A stretch of DNA of 64,000 bases, taken from Mobula hypostoma. Lineage: Eukaryota. This document shows, piece after piece, positions 26,619 through 39,664 of the stretch. The stretch lies in assembly GCF_963921235.1 (NCBI RefSeq), contig NC_086108.1:110176001-110240000 (forward strand). The letters run 5' to 3'. Position 1 is the stretch's first letter; the number at the start of each line of letters is the position of its first letter. The translations under genes were made by a program, and so were the position numbers. The notes under the pieces were generated by a model, which saw only the letters and a program-made list of their open reading frames with translations, was not told where the DNA came from and did no database searches.

Positions 26619-27315
26619 AGTACAACGATTCTGGGATTGAAAGGTTTATTTGAGGAGCATTTGAAGTCTCTGGGCCGTTACTCACTGGAATTCTGAAGAA
26701 TGAGGGAGGTGGAATCTCACGGAAACCTATTGAAAATTGAAAGGCCTCGATAGATGTGGAGAAGACCAGAAGACATAATCTCAGAGTAGAGGGGCGTCAC
26801 TTAGAACAGAGATGAGGAATTTCTTCAGGCAGAGAGTGGTGGATCTGTGGAACTCGTTGCCACAGCTGTGGAGGCCAAGTCATTGGGTATACTTGGATAG
26901 AATGCAGATTAGTTGGGGCATGAAAGGATACAGGGAGAAGGCAGAAGAATGGGGCTGAGAGGGAAATGAATGATGAAATGGCAGAGCAGGCTTGATGGGC
27001 CAGATAGCCTAATTCTGCCCCTATATCTGATGGTCTGATATAAATCTTTAATGATGTTCCAATAAATACTAAAAACGAGTAAGGGATATTTTGTTGTATA
27101 TACTACCTTATGAATATCACCATCTGTCCATCACTGCACATCGTGTGAGAGTGGAGTGAATTGTATCAGAAGTGTCTGTACAAGTCTGACTGTGGATTGC
27201 AAAGGTTAGGGAATAGGTGCAAGGTAATTACAAGTGATATTTTTGAATATCCTTGCATTTCTCTCTGGTGCTGTTGCTAATGCCACAACAAGTTTCAAAT
27301 GTATAGTTACCAGAG

Positions 27316-27357
27316 GGTGAGATTCACATGTGCGGTGATATTCACATGTGCGGTGAT
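27316..27357. repeat. 18-bp tandem duplication
   Basis: ATTCACATGTGCGGTGAT twice (27322-27357), preceded by a partial unit. Confidence 0.9.
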
Positions 27358-28608
27358 GTCAAGCCTGTTTACAAGTTTATTGTAAAATTTTTATTGACCA
27401 TAACTTGAAATCTATGCTGAAAGGCTGTGAAAGTTCAGAATTTTTTTTTGAAGCGAGGAAGCTCAAAGTAAATTTATTGTCAAACTGTCACCGTATACTA
27501 CCTTGAGATGCATTTTCTTGCAGACATTCTCAGTAAAAACAAAGAAATACAGCAGAGTCAATGGAAAAACAATACACAAAGACTGACAACGTGCATAAGA
27601 AAGCTGCAAATACGAAAAAAAACTAGTAAATAAATAATACTGAGAGCATAAGTTGTAGAGTCCTTGAAAGTGAGTCCATAGGTTGTGGAATTAGTTCTTT
27701 GTTGAGATGAGTGAATTTATCCATGCTGGTTCAGGAGCCTGATGGTTGAAGAGTAATAACTGACTTTTGAAAGTTTGAAGACTGACCTGAATTTAGGATT
27801 TTGCAAGAATTCCAAAGACTGCAGCCTTAGCATAGGAAAAGGCAAATGTGTTAACATTCATGACATTAAGATTTGAGTAATTGAACAAATATTTTACCCA
27901 GTTTTACTTAACTGCAGTGGAGAAAATGCTTTAAATTGAATTTACTTTATTACTTCATATACATGAGTAAAAATCTTTATGTCTCTGTCGGGTGGTGGTG
28001 GTGGCATCCGTTAGTCTCGCGAGACCATGGATCTGTGCCTGGAAAGTCTTGTGGAGTGTGGAGGTCTCTGAGCTTCTTGTCGAGCCTGGAGGGAATTATA
28101 GTGTTGAATGCTGAACTGTAGTCCAAGAAGAGCATTGTCACATAAGCATCCTTCTTCTCCAGATGTGTAAGGATGGTGTGTAGAGCTGTGGCTGCTGCGT
28201 CATCTATTGATTGCACACTTCATTCCGTTTCATAAAATTATGGCATTGAAAGAAGGAAAAATGATTATCAGCCAGTTTCTCTGCCCTTAGCTGGCAAGCT
28301 GTTAGACTAATTCGGATTGAAAAGTTGTTTCTTTATCTCTGCAGTTGAAATGTTAATATCCAGTGAATTGGAATAAAAAAAATCCCATTTGCTTTAATGC
28401 TTGACTTTGCACTTAATGGATATTAACTCTAATCATTTATGTTCTAGTCATTTTGAAGGGCTTCAGGAACAATGTATTGCCTCATCTCATTCATCTTCAG
28501 TGTGCTAATTCTGTGAATAAGATCCAGGTCTCCTCCAAATCAGTTCTAGAGTCAGCCAATTTATACTTAAGAGTTTAAGGTGTCAGATGTTTCCTTTGAT
28601 CTCACTTA

Positions 28609-30666
28609 CAGTACTGTACAAAAGTCTTGGGTATCCTGGATGTTCATATAAATTTTGTTTTTAGATTTTTTTTGTCTTCTGCATTGGTGTGTCAGTAGAA
28701 AAGTGCAAATTTTAGATTTCCAAACATTCATTTCCCCAAAAAATTAAATGTTATAGGGAAAATGAATTTTGTTAAAGTGACAGTAAGTAATAGACCACTT
28801 TTCAAATAAATACTTGATTACTTTGTAGGTCTTTAGTTCAGAGTACGGCTAAACAAAGATAACCAACAGGTGCTAATGATCATAAGACCATAAGACATAG
28901 GAGCAGAATTAGGCCATTCAGCCCATCATGTCCACTCCGCGATTTCATCATGGCTGATCCCGGATTCCATTCAGCCCTATACACTGCCCTCACCATATCC
29001 CTTGATGCCTCGACCAATCAGGAATCTATCAACTTCTGCTTTGAATATATCTGCGGACTTGGCCTCTAATGCAGTGTGTGCAGAGCATTCCACAGATTCA
29101 CCAGTCTTTGGCTTAAAAAAAAAATCCTCCTTACTTCTAAAAGGTTGTCCCTCAGTTTACCAGAGGAAACATCCTCTCCATATCCACCTTATTCAGCATT
29201 TGGTAGGTTTCAATAAGATCCCTACACATACTTCTAAATTCCAGTCAGTACAGGCTGCCAAACGCTTCTCATGTATTAACCCCTTCACTCCTGGAATCAT
29301 CCTTGTGAACCACCTCTGGACTCTCTCCAATGACAATACATCTATTTCAAATAAAAACGATTACTTTGTAGGTCTTTAGTTCAGTCCGTGGTTAAATAAA
29401 GATTACAAACAGGTACTAATGATCAATTCCATAATGAGTTGAATGAACTAAACTGATAAACTGAAATGGGAACGTGTGTAGAAAGAATCAAACTGGTGAA
29501 GAATAATCAAACTAAGAAGTGAGGGTGTGGCAGAGTGACAGTTTAACCGTCATATATAACCTCAAATCTTGTACCATGCCAAGAATGAACATGGCAGCAA
29601 GACATTCTGCATTAGCAAGCTGCAGACAGGAGTTTCAAGATGTGCTGTCCAAGCTCTCCTGAAGAAGCACAAAGAAACTGGCAAGGTTGAGGACCAGAAA
29701 TGCAGTGATCGGTACGGATACTGAATGCAACACATGAGAGATACATCATATTGACGTCTCTTCTAAATCGGAAAAAGTCCAGCATTGCTAGCTGCTCTGA
29801 ACTCACAGAAACCACTGGGACCCAAGTACACCCCTCTACAGTCTGGAGAAGTCTTGTCAGAAGTGAAAGAATTGCTGCCAAAAACCCATTCCTCCGAAGT
29901 GGAAACGAAGCCAAGAGACTTGCCCACAAACAAAAACGTACTGGTGTGCTGAACAATGGTAGCAAGTGACTGACGAGTCCAAGTTTTAGATTTTTGGTTC
30001 AAACAGGAGGCAGTTTGTCTACTATAGAAGAGTTGGAAAGTGCTACATGGATAAATGTTTGCAGCCAACAGTGAAGCGTGGTGGAGGTTCCCTACAGGTT
30101 CGGGGCTGCATTTCTGCAAATCTGGTCAGAATTAACGGAATCCTCAATGCTGAGAAGTACAAGCAGATTCTCACCTATCATGCAATACATTAAGGAGGCA
30201 TCTGGATGGTTCCAGTTTCATTCTGCAGCAGGACAATGTCCTCAAACACACGACCAAGGTCATAAAGAACTATCTTCAGTGAAAAGAAGAACGGAGTTCT
30301 GCAGCAGATGGTGTGGCCTGCACAGAGCCCTGATCTCAACATCATCAAGGTTGTTTGTGATTATCTGGAGAGACGGAAGCAAGTGAGACAGCTGAAGTCT
30401 GCAGAAGAAGTGTGCGAGTTCTCCAAGATGCTTTGAACAATCTACCAGCTGATTTTCTTATAAAACAGCACAACAGTGTACCAAAGAGAATTGATACAGT
30501 TTTAAAGGCAAGGGTAGTCACACCAAATATGGATTTGATTTTTGTTTTTTTTATTGTTTACTGCCTTTTATAGTAAATTTTTGATATTTAGAAACTTCTA
30601 AATTAATTTTGGAAGCATCTTTGCTTTACTGAATTTTTTACCTGTGCCTAATACTTTTGCACACTG
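28609..30666 (+). mobile_element. Tc1/mariner DNA transposon with decayed transposase (~29576-30530)
   Basis: TA-flanked imperfect TIRs CAGTACTGTACAAAAGTCTTGGG and CCTAATACTTTTGCACACTG; remnants VHPSTVWRSL, TDESKF, PTVKRGGGS, FILQQDN..KHT, WPAQSPDLNII. Confidence 0.9.
28881..29344 (-). mobile_element. CR1 3' fragment nested in the Tc1 element
   Basis: Tail repeat CATAAGACCATAAGACATAGGAGCAGAATTAGGCC and CR1 C-terminal motifs on the minus strand. Confidence 0.85.
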
Positions 30667-30852
30667 TATCTCTTGCTTTCATACCTGTAAGCCTTGGTGA
30701 GAATCATTGCTCAGTACTCCCACCAATGTCACTACTTTATCATTTCCTGTCAGTCACCTTATGTACAGACAGTTCTCTACCTAATGTCCCTTTTTCAGTA
30801 TACAATCAATTTATGTATCTTGTGTATTTATGTTTGTTGTATCGATCAAAAG

Positions 30853-30915
30853 CAAGGATTCCCAATCTTTTTTACGTCATGGACCACTAAGCAAGAGTCG
30901 CTGTGGAAACCCCTG
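30853..30915. mobile_element. Tiny hAT/Charlie-type MITE
   Basis: Ends CAAGGATTCCCA...TGGAAACCCCTG; 8-bp TSD ATCAAAAG/ATCCAGAG. Confidence 0.7.
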
Positions 30916-32876
30916 ATCCAGAGTAACAATTATTTCATCTTGCTTTACACTTGTGCACTCAAGATTTGATTTATTTAGAGATGCAATGCAGAACAGGCCC
31001 TTCCAGCCCAAAAACTGCATCACCCAGCAACTCACCAATATAATTCTAGCCTAATCACAGGACAGTTTGCAATGAACAATTGTAAATATCCAACTGGTAT
31101 GTCTTTCGGAAGTGGCGGAAAGTGGAGCATGCAGAGGAAGTCTAAGCACTCGTAGGAAGGATGTATAAACTTAAATGTTGCTGGAATTGAACTACAAATA
31201 CCACCCCGAACTGTAATAATATTGCATTAACCACTACTCCCCATGACTTTAAACGATTTTTGAGCTAGTCTTCCAAAAGGTTAGGAAATGCAGTCTTTGA
31301 TAGAACAAAGCTTGTCAGATGTGGCTTTAAATATTGCCAGCATTTTGTTCAAGCAAGATTTCTGCTATCGTAATTTTTCACTACTGCTTTTGAATTCTTG
31401 CTTGGAACTGAAGTTATATTTTTTAAATTGTTACGAAAACGAAACCAAATAAGATTTTTGCTTTTGTGTAATTTGCCATTGATTTCAGGATTAGCATCCA
31501 GATTTTAACTAAATTTCTTAGGCCTTTATATCTTGGTTTAAATCTGCTGGCTTTGCAGAAAACGCGATAGTTTATTTTTCAGTGAGTTGGTTTTTGGTGG
31601 GAGATCTCATTTTCTTTGACACAATTCAGAATTTAGGTTATACCTTAGAATTGTGTGTCCATCCATAAAAATAAATGTATAAAAATTAAGTACTGAGAAG
31701 TATGAACATTCAGTGCTGAATTCTGGTGTTGGTGTTCCTCGCTAATTTGAATAATTAGTTTGCAATACGATAGTGCAGTGGTTGCCGCAATTGCTTTAGA
31801 ACACCAGCAATCACTGATTGAGGTTTAATTCCTGCCACTGCCTGTAAGGGGTTTGTGCTCTGCGTGACAGCATTGGTTTCCTCTGGGTGCTCCAGTTTCT
31901 TCGAACGTTCCAAAGATGTATGGTTAAAGTTAGTAAATTGTGGGCATGCAATGTAGCTGCCAGAAGTATGACGGCTCTGTTTTATAATTTTGTGCATTAT
32001 TATTGCATATTATTGGTAAATTATTGTGTGTATTATTCTGTTTCTTTAAGTCTGCACACTAAGTGCATCTTTAAATGTTGCTGCTGTAGCAAAAGAATTT
32101 TTCACTTCGAATCATTAAAGCCCTTATTATTATGACTCATGGCATTCACAAGGGTCACTGCTGGCACCTCATCAAATCGTTTACATATATACAAGTGCAG
32201 ACAACACAAAAATTAGAAGAGCTGTGTATAGTGAAGTTATCAAGTGATATAGGATATAATCAGTAGGGAATGTGGTCGAGGAATGGTAGATTCAGTTTAA
32301 CCTGGACAAATGTGATGTGTTTTGGATGTTAAAGGTGAGAGGAAACAATGCAGTAAATAGCAGGTTTGTTTAAAGCAGAGATCTTGGCGTGTGAATCTAT
32401 AGTTCACCGCAAGTAGATAGGTGATAAAGAAGGCATATGGCATGTTTGCCTTAACTGTTGTGCTGTCATGTGAAAGTAGAGAAGTTGTGTTTGCAGCTGT
32501 ATAAAACTTGGACCTACTGCAGTACAGTAAGACTATGACCATTTAAAATTAGTTATTTTTTTACTTTTTTCACTTCTAGTTCAAGTTTATTACCATTCAG
32601 CCATCCACATGTATACAGCTAAATAAAATATAATTTCTCTGGGGCCAAGGGGCAAAACTCAGCACATATAGTCTCATTTTCAAGGACTTGTCATCTCATG
32701 TTCTCAATATTTATTGCTTATTAATTATTATTCTTTTGCTTTTCGTTTCTTTGTATTTATTGTGAATGTCTGCAGAAACATGAATCTCAGGGTTGCATAT
32801 GATGACATATGTATTTTGATAATGAATTTATATAGTTGTGTGTAATTGTCCTCTTGAACAATTTTCATATTTTTAA

Positions 32877-33128
32877 GAAGAGGCGCAGTCGACATTTCAG
32901 GCCGAGACCCTTCGTCAGGACTAACTGAAGGAAGAGTGAGTAAGGGATTTGAAAGCTGGAGGGTCAGGACTAACTGAAGGAAGAGTGAGTAAGGGATTTG
33001 AAAGCTGGAGGGTCTCGGCCTGAAACGTCGACTGCACCTCTTCCTATAGATGCTGCTTGGCCTGCTGCGTTCACCAGCAACTTTGATGTATGTTGCTTGA
33101 ATTTCCAGCATCTGCAGAATTCCTGTTG
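32877..33128. mobile_element. Inverted Penelope mini-insertion with an internal 49-bp tandem duplication; hammerhead on minus strand at 32885-32926
   Basis: TSD TTTTCATATTTTTAA at 32862-32876 and 33129-33143; repeat unit at 32914-32962 and 32963-33011. Confidence 0.9.
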
Positions 33129-34291
33129 TTTTCATATTTTTAATTTGTTTTTCTTAATGTCCTTTCTAATGCAATGATACTGCTGCAAGTAAATTTTAAA
33201 TGTACCTTTGCAGACAGTTGTCCAGATGACAATACATTTGCATTGTACTCCTTAATTTCAAAATTCATGCTGAGTCTGGAGATTTAGCTATAGAACTCCA
33301 AAAATAGGTCTCTGATCCTTGAGGTTGGCAATGGCGAGTCCAGTCTTGTGGCTGATTACTGTTATGTAATTTCTGTGATAAGAGTCAAGTTTGGAATGAA
33401 CCATAAATTCCCCATTCCATAATCAAGTGACTGCCAATACCTGATGTCCGATCAAAAGTGCAGCGACTTACCCTTGCCTCTTCTCTCGGGAGAATTGGAA
33501 GAATAACATCGAGAGGCGTGGATAAGACAAGTAATTATAGGACACTGTAATTATGGTCTTGGGTCTTATGGTCTTCCCCACAGCCTGCAGCTCCTGAACT
33601 TTCAAAGGTTTATCAACATTCTTTTTAAATGCATCCAATGGCCTCTCTTTGGCAACCCCCTAGGGTAGAGGATTTCGAAGGCTCACCTCCCTCTGCAAGA
33701 AGCAACTCTCTTCCAGCTTAACTTTAGATGTCTTAAAAGGTCCTGCAAAAAGTAGTGGATACGGCCCAGTCCATCACGGTAAAGCTCTCCCCACCATTGC
33801 AGAAAAGCAGCATCCATGATCAGGGACCTCCACCACCCAGGTCATTCTTTCTTCTCAATGCTGCCATCAGGAAGAAGGTATAAGAGTCTTCGGAGTCACA
33901 CCACCAGGTTCAGGAATAGTTATTACCACTCAACCAACAGGCTCTTGAAGCAGAGGGGATAACTTCATTCAACTTCACTCTCTTCAACACTGAACTGTTC
34001 CTATAGACTAACTTTCAAGGACTTTTTATCTGATGTTCTCCATTTATTGCTTATTTATTATTATTTTTATTTCTTTTTGTATTTGCATAGCTTGTTGTCT
34101 TTTGTGCACTGGTTGTCTGCCCTGTTGGTGCAGTCTTTCATTGATTATATTATGGTTATTGGATTTATTGAGAATATCTGCATGAAAATGAATCTCAGGG
34201 TCCAATCACAAACAAGACAAAATCAGCAAAGGCTGGAAATCCAAGCTGGAGGTGCTCAGCAGGCCAGGCAACACCTATGAAAAAAGAAGTA

Positions 34292-34329
34292 TAGTCAACA
34301 TTTCAGGCCAGGACCCTTCATCAGGACTG
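34292..34329 (-). ncRNA. Hammerhead copy in a pLTR fragment (~34203-34350)
   Basis: Minus strand CAGUC CUGAUGA AGGGUCCUGGCCU GAAA UG UU GACUA. Confidence 0.7.
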
Positions 34330-34520
34330 GGAAAGCAAAAGATGAGTTGTGTACGCCTCAGGTTTGTGTATGGTGACATGTATGTTCCTGAAATGTTAAG
34401 AGTTCTTTCAGGCTTCTCTACCTCCTTCCTGATGGTAACAATGAGAAGAGGGCATGTCCTGGGTGATAGGGGTCCTTAATGATTGACACCGCCTCTTCGA
34501 AGCACCACTCCTTGAAGATA

Positions 34521-34896
34521 GAAACATAGAAAATAGGTGCAGGAGTAGGCCATTCGGCCCTTCGAGCCTGCACCGCCATTTATTATGATCATGGCTGATC
34601 ATCCAACTCAGAACCCCACCCCAGTCTTCCCTCCATACCCCCTGACCCCCGTAGCCACAAGGGCCATATCTAACTCCCTCTTAAATATAGCCAATGAACT
34701 GGCCTCAACTGTTTCCTGTGGCAGAGAATTCCACAGATTCACCACTCTCTGTGTGAAGAAGTTTTTCCTAATCTCGGTCCTAAAAGGCTTCCCCTCTATC
34801 CTCAAACTGTGGCCCCTCGTTCTGGACTTCCCCAACATCGGGAACAATCTTCCTGCATCTAGCCTGTCCAATCCCTTTAGGATCTTATACATTTCA
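34521..34896 (-). mobile_element. Young 5'-truncated CR1 with intact C-terminal frame, nested in a Rex1/Babar fragment
   Basis: ORF 34608-34892 YKILKGLDRLD...TRGHS...RKNFFTQRVVNLWNSLP; tail repeat (ATAGAAAC); TSD AAGATA at 34515-34520 and 34897-34902. Confidence 0.9.
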
Positions 34897-35836
34897 AAGA
34901 TATCCAGACACTACAGAGGTTTGCATCCCATGATGGAGCTGACTAATTTTACAACACTCTGCAGTTTACTTCGGTCCTGTGCAGTCACTCCCCCCTCCCC
35001 ATACCATGTGGTGATGTTATCAGTTAGAATGCTCTCAGTTTATCTGAAGGTTCTTTCAGAAGTCAGGAAAGAGGCACAAACTCTGTTGCTTCACAATTGT
35101 TTTATTAGGCATTAATAGAACAAATAAAATTGGAAAACAGTGACAAGAGCAGAAGCTAGTAGCAGAAGGCAAAACAAAGAAAGAAGATACTGCTGCTTTG
35201 TCATCAGCTCTTTTTATGCACATAAGCATTCCATTCAGATTTGCAGTTAAGCAGCAGCCAATCAGGAAGCCCCTATTCAAATAACACAGCACCAGAGAAG
35301 TTTCCAGAGTTTTCCAAATCATATAAATGTAACCACTACAGGATTCGCTGAGCAACTGAATATACACGCTGTGGCCATGAGGAAGCATACTAAACAGTTA
35401 CACGTACATAAGTAGCAAACAAATAATTGTGAACTGCAAAGAAAATAACAAACGGTCTAATCCAAGAATTAAACAGTCTGATTCAACAGTAGTCTGGTCA
35501 AAAATGTAAACGCACGGGAGATCCAAGAAATTGGCTCGTTGACGAAAAACTAAGGGTGATGGTTATGGACTGTTACCACAGGGCACCATCTGTGGACAGA
35601 GGAGTACAGTTAATGACGTCAGACAGCAGCTGTGGAGGGACTGATGGAAAATCATTAGTAGTAGGAAATGCTGGAATGGTTTTTAGTAAAGTGGTAACAG
35701 GGATTTTGGGGGAAAATGGGATTGAGTAGAGTCACAGGGCTATACAGCATAGAAAAGGATTTTTTGCCCAACTTGTTCATGTAGACCAAGGTGCCTTTCT
35801 GAGCCTTTTCCCTATTTGACTCCTGTTCCTTCACAA

Positions 35837-35902
35837 CAGGGCTGCCAACCTGGGATCCACGGACCCCTTCGTCCATGGCATAAAAAAGGTTGGGAACTCC
35901 TG
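35837..35902. mobile_element. Tiny hAT-type MITE
   Basis: CAGGGCTGCCAACCT...AGGTTGGGAACTCCTG; same family as 30853 and 49250. Confidence 0.7.
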
Positions 35903-38900
35903 CTTTAAGGCTTGTCTGCCCATGAATCAGTCCGAATTGTACTTCTACCACCTTCACTTTAAGCCTATGCCCTCTAGCATTAGACTAGTCTATCCTGGGA
36001 AAAAGACTGTAACCATCCCTCTTTCTGTGCCCTTCATGATTTTAGAAACTAAGTCACCCCATAACCACCTTCTTGAAGTTCCCTGTTGGTCGTGGTCAAC
36101 CATAGATGTTGCGTTCTAGCTGTCTTGATACTCAAGATGAGTAGTATGATGGAGGGTGAACTGTTGCCTGTGCGTAGGCTCCCCCTTTCCGTGCAGCTGC
36201 TAAATACAAAGGAATGGCAGAGACTGATACAGTTTGGCACTATTGGCATTGCAGGAGGTGCCAGTCAGTGTTATACTCAGTAGAACTTTCTCTGTTGAAG
36301 GCCACCTTCACTGCAGGGAAAAGAGTCCAAGCCAGTTTAGTCTCTTATAACTTAAGCACTCAAACCTGATAACTTTGATCTTTCTTCCCCCTTTTTAGTT
36401 TAATCACATCTGCCCTATAGTATAGGGTCTAGAACTCTGTACAGTATTCCATATGTGAGCTCATCAATATCCTATACAGCTGTAACAAGGTCTCAACTCT
36501 TATACTTGATGTTCTGTCCAGTGAAGGTAAGCATGCCATTCATTCCCTTCACCATTTTGTCAACCTGTGCTTGACAAGATGATGCAGGTGGTCCATCACC
36601 ATCTAGTATGGAAGGGCCCCTGCATAAGATCAGAAAAAGCTGCAGAAAGTTGTAAACTCAGCCAGCTCAATCATAGGCACTAGCCTCCACAGCATCGAGG
36701 ACACCTTTGAAAGGCGATGCCTTAAGAAAGACAGCATCCATCATGAAGGACCTCCATCACCCAGGATATAGCCTCTCCTCATTGCTACCTTAATGGAGGA
36801 GGTTCTGGTGACTGGCGAGACACAGTCGGCATTTTAGGACAACTTCATCCCCTTCACCATCAGATTTCTGTATTGATAATAAACCCTAAACACTATCTCA
36901 GGTTTTTTGCATTAAACTTAGTTTTCTTGTGTATATTGTTGTAACCTTATGTTTTAATTGTGTTGCAATGTACTGCTACCGCAAAACAACGAATTTCCCA
37001 ACAAATACTAAATCTAATTGTGATACCACTAGGTCTATCTGTTGAACAGTGTTTTCCAGCATGCTGCTATTCACTGTGTATATCCTGGTTTAATTTCCCA
37101 AAAATACATCACTTTGCACTCCTGAATTAAATTCTGCCTGCATTCACTTGCCCAATTTCCCAGTCAATCTAGATGCTGTTTGGGCAATCTTTGGCTGTCT
37201 ACTGTGTGACTTATTTTGGGATCATCTGCAAATCTGCTAATTACGCCACCTACATTTTCAGAATCGGACCTGTTTACAATGGCGTGTCGTGAAATTTTCA
37301 TCCAAATTGTAAATGAATAAGACAACAACAGTGGAAGGAAAATCATGTCTGACAAGTTTGTTGCAGTTGCTTATGGTCACAAAGAGCGGGAAAGGATGAG
37401 CCATATGCCATGAGACATAAGAGCAGAGTTAGCCTATTCAGCCCATCGAGTCTTCATTCGATCACGGTGGATATTATCCTTCACAATCCCATTCTCCTTC
37501 CTTCTCTCTGTGATGCCCTGACTAATCAAGAACCTAGCAACCTTCTCTTTAAATATACCAAATAACTTGGTCTCCACAGCCACCTGTTGCAATGAATTCA
37601 ACAGATTCACCAATCTGTGGCTAAAGAAATTCCTCTTCTTTGTTTTTGGACATTCAGTCACGATAAGGTGCCCCACAGATGATTAAATTTGGAGCACATA
37701 GTATAGAGCATAGCATAGTTAATGGACAGAATACAGTGTGGAAGTCCCCAGGGTATTCTTGAGTTGTAGGCTTTGACCAGTGGGATGGTGCAGGAATTCA
37801 GAACCAGGTTCATTGTCATTGACATTAGTTGTGAAACTTGTTTTGTAGCAGCAGTGCAGATGTTACAAATTACTGTAAGTTACAATAAAAATAGTGCAAA
37901 ACTGGGATAGTAAAGTAGTGTTCATGGACCATTCAGAAATCTGATGATGGAGAAGCTGTTCCTGAATCATTGTGTAGGCCTGCAGGCTCCTGTACCTGCT
38001 CCCTGATGGTACTAATGGGAAGGGTGAGTGTCTTTAATGATGGATACCGCCTTTTTGAGGCATCGCGTTTTGACTGTGTCCCTGGTAGAGAGTGTTGGCC
38101 CTTGATGGACCTGATTGAGTCCACATCCATCTGAAACCACTTATGATCCTGTGCATTGGCAGCTTTATACTAAACAGTGATACAACCAGTCGGAATGCTC
38201 TCTATAGTACATCTGTAAAAATTTGTGAGAGATTTTGGTGACGTACCAAGTAATCTCAACGTCCTGATGAAGTACCTTCATCACAATTGCATCAGTATTA
38301 AGTCCCTGGATAGATCCTCTGATACATGGACGCTCAGGAACCTGACCCTTTCCACTGCTGATCCCTTGAAGAGAACTGGTGCGTGTCCCCTCGACTTCCC
38401 CTTCCTTCAGAGTCCACAATCAATTCATTGTTGTTACATGTTGTTGCTGTGACCACATCTGTTAAGTCTACAACATTGTACTATAGCTGTAGATTACTTG
38501 AAATGAACCATCACTGTGAAACATAAACACAAGGAACCGCATGTTAGGTAGAATTTCATTGAAAGGTTGCCTTGTTATATTTGTAGTTTATGGAATAAAT
38601 CCATGTTAAATGAGGAAAGTTATTCTGAACCTCATCTTTTGTGTTCGGAAGGCAAAAGTTACAATTTTATTAATTTCAAACCAACTATCGAAAGCTTGGC
38701 CTGCTGAATCCCATATGCATTGATTGTGTCAAGTTGTGTGGCCTTTTGGATTGCCAATTCCGATTGGCTGTATTCCTGGAGGTTTCATCATGTGACCTTC
38801 CTCCAACCTTTTCCTCGTGAAATGGTCTCTTTTTTTCTTAGATCTATTTTTTAAATATATTAAAACAATGTTCCAAATAATCAATTCTTACAAACTTCAG

Positions 38901-39539
38901 ATATTCTGTAACCTGCTGCTCTTATCTGTTCACGTGTGTGTCAGTTCCATGTTAATACTATCTTGCATGTCTCTACTATTAACTTCTCTTTAATTTTCTA
39001 AATCATTGCTAAACCTGTTGGAAGAAAAACACAATTGTCTTCTGGCATTTATAAGGAGTAGTGTTGGTCTACGAGGGGATGCTGTCCAATTGTTTGTTGG
39101 ATCAAAGAAAAGTTAAGTGAGTCACCTATTGGCACAGCCCTAGAAGTGACGTAACCAGCACCTTGTAAGAATTCAGCAGGTCAGGCAGCATCTATAGAGA
39201 CAAGAAGTCTTAAGTCAAGATCGTTGGTCAGGAAGGAGGGAAGAGGAAGGATTGCACATGTTTAGCAGGGCTGGTGAGTGATGGATGGCACCATTCCATT
39301 CCGTCAACCTCTCCTCATCTGGCTCCACCTGCAACCTGCCAATCTTCCTCCAATCCACCCCACATTATGCAGAATACTAGCAAACTATCCCGTTGCAGGG
39401 CCTCAGCCCAAAATGCTGACTTGCATCTTTTCCTCCTCAGATGTTGCTTAACTCAGACTTCTAAAGTGTTTGGTTTTTGCCTTATTTTTCAGCACCTGCA
39501 GTTTACTTGTCTTAGAAATGAGATGCCTGCCTTTTAATT

Positions 39540-39664
39540 ACAAATGATTCTACAGATGCTGGAAATCCAGAACAACACACACAAAATGCTGGAGGAACTC
39601 TTGAGTCCTGATGAATGGTCACAACCTGAAACATCGACTGTTTATCCATCTCCATAGATGCTGC
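39540..39664. mobile_element. Inverted Penelope mini-insertion with a + strand hammerhead core (39603-39639)
   Basis: GAGTC CTGATGA ATGGTCACAACCT GAAA CA TC GACT; degenerate TSD TGCCTTTTAATT/TGTCTTTTAGTT. Confidence 0.75.

Noticed and set aside
32914..33011. CRISPR-like repeat
   Set aside because: Two adjacent units with no spacer, in a eukaryotic retroelement context.
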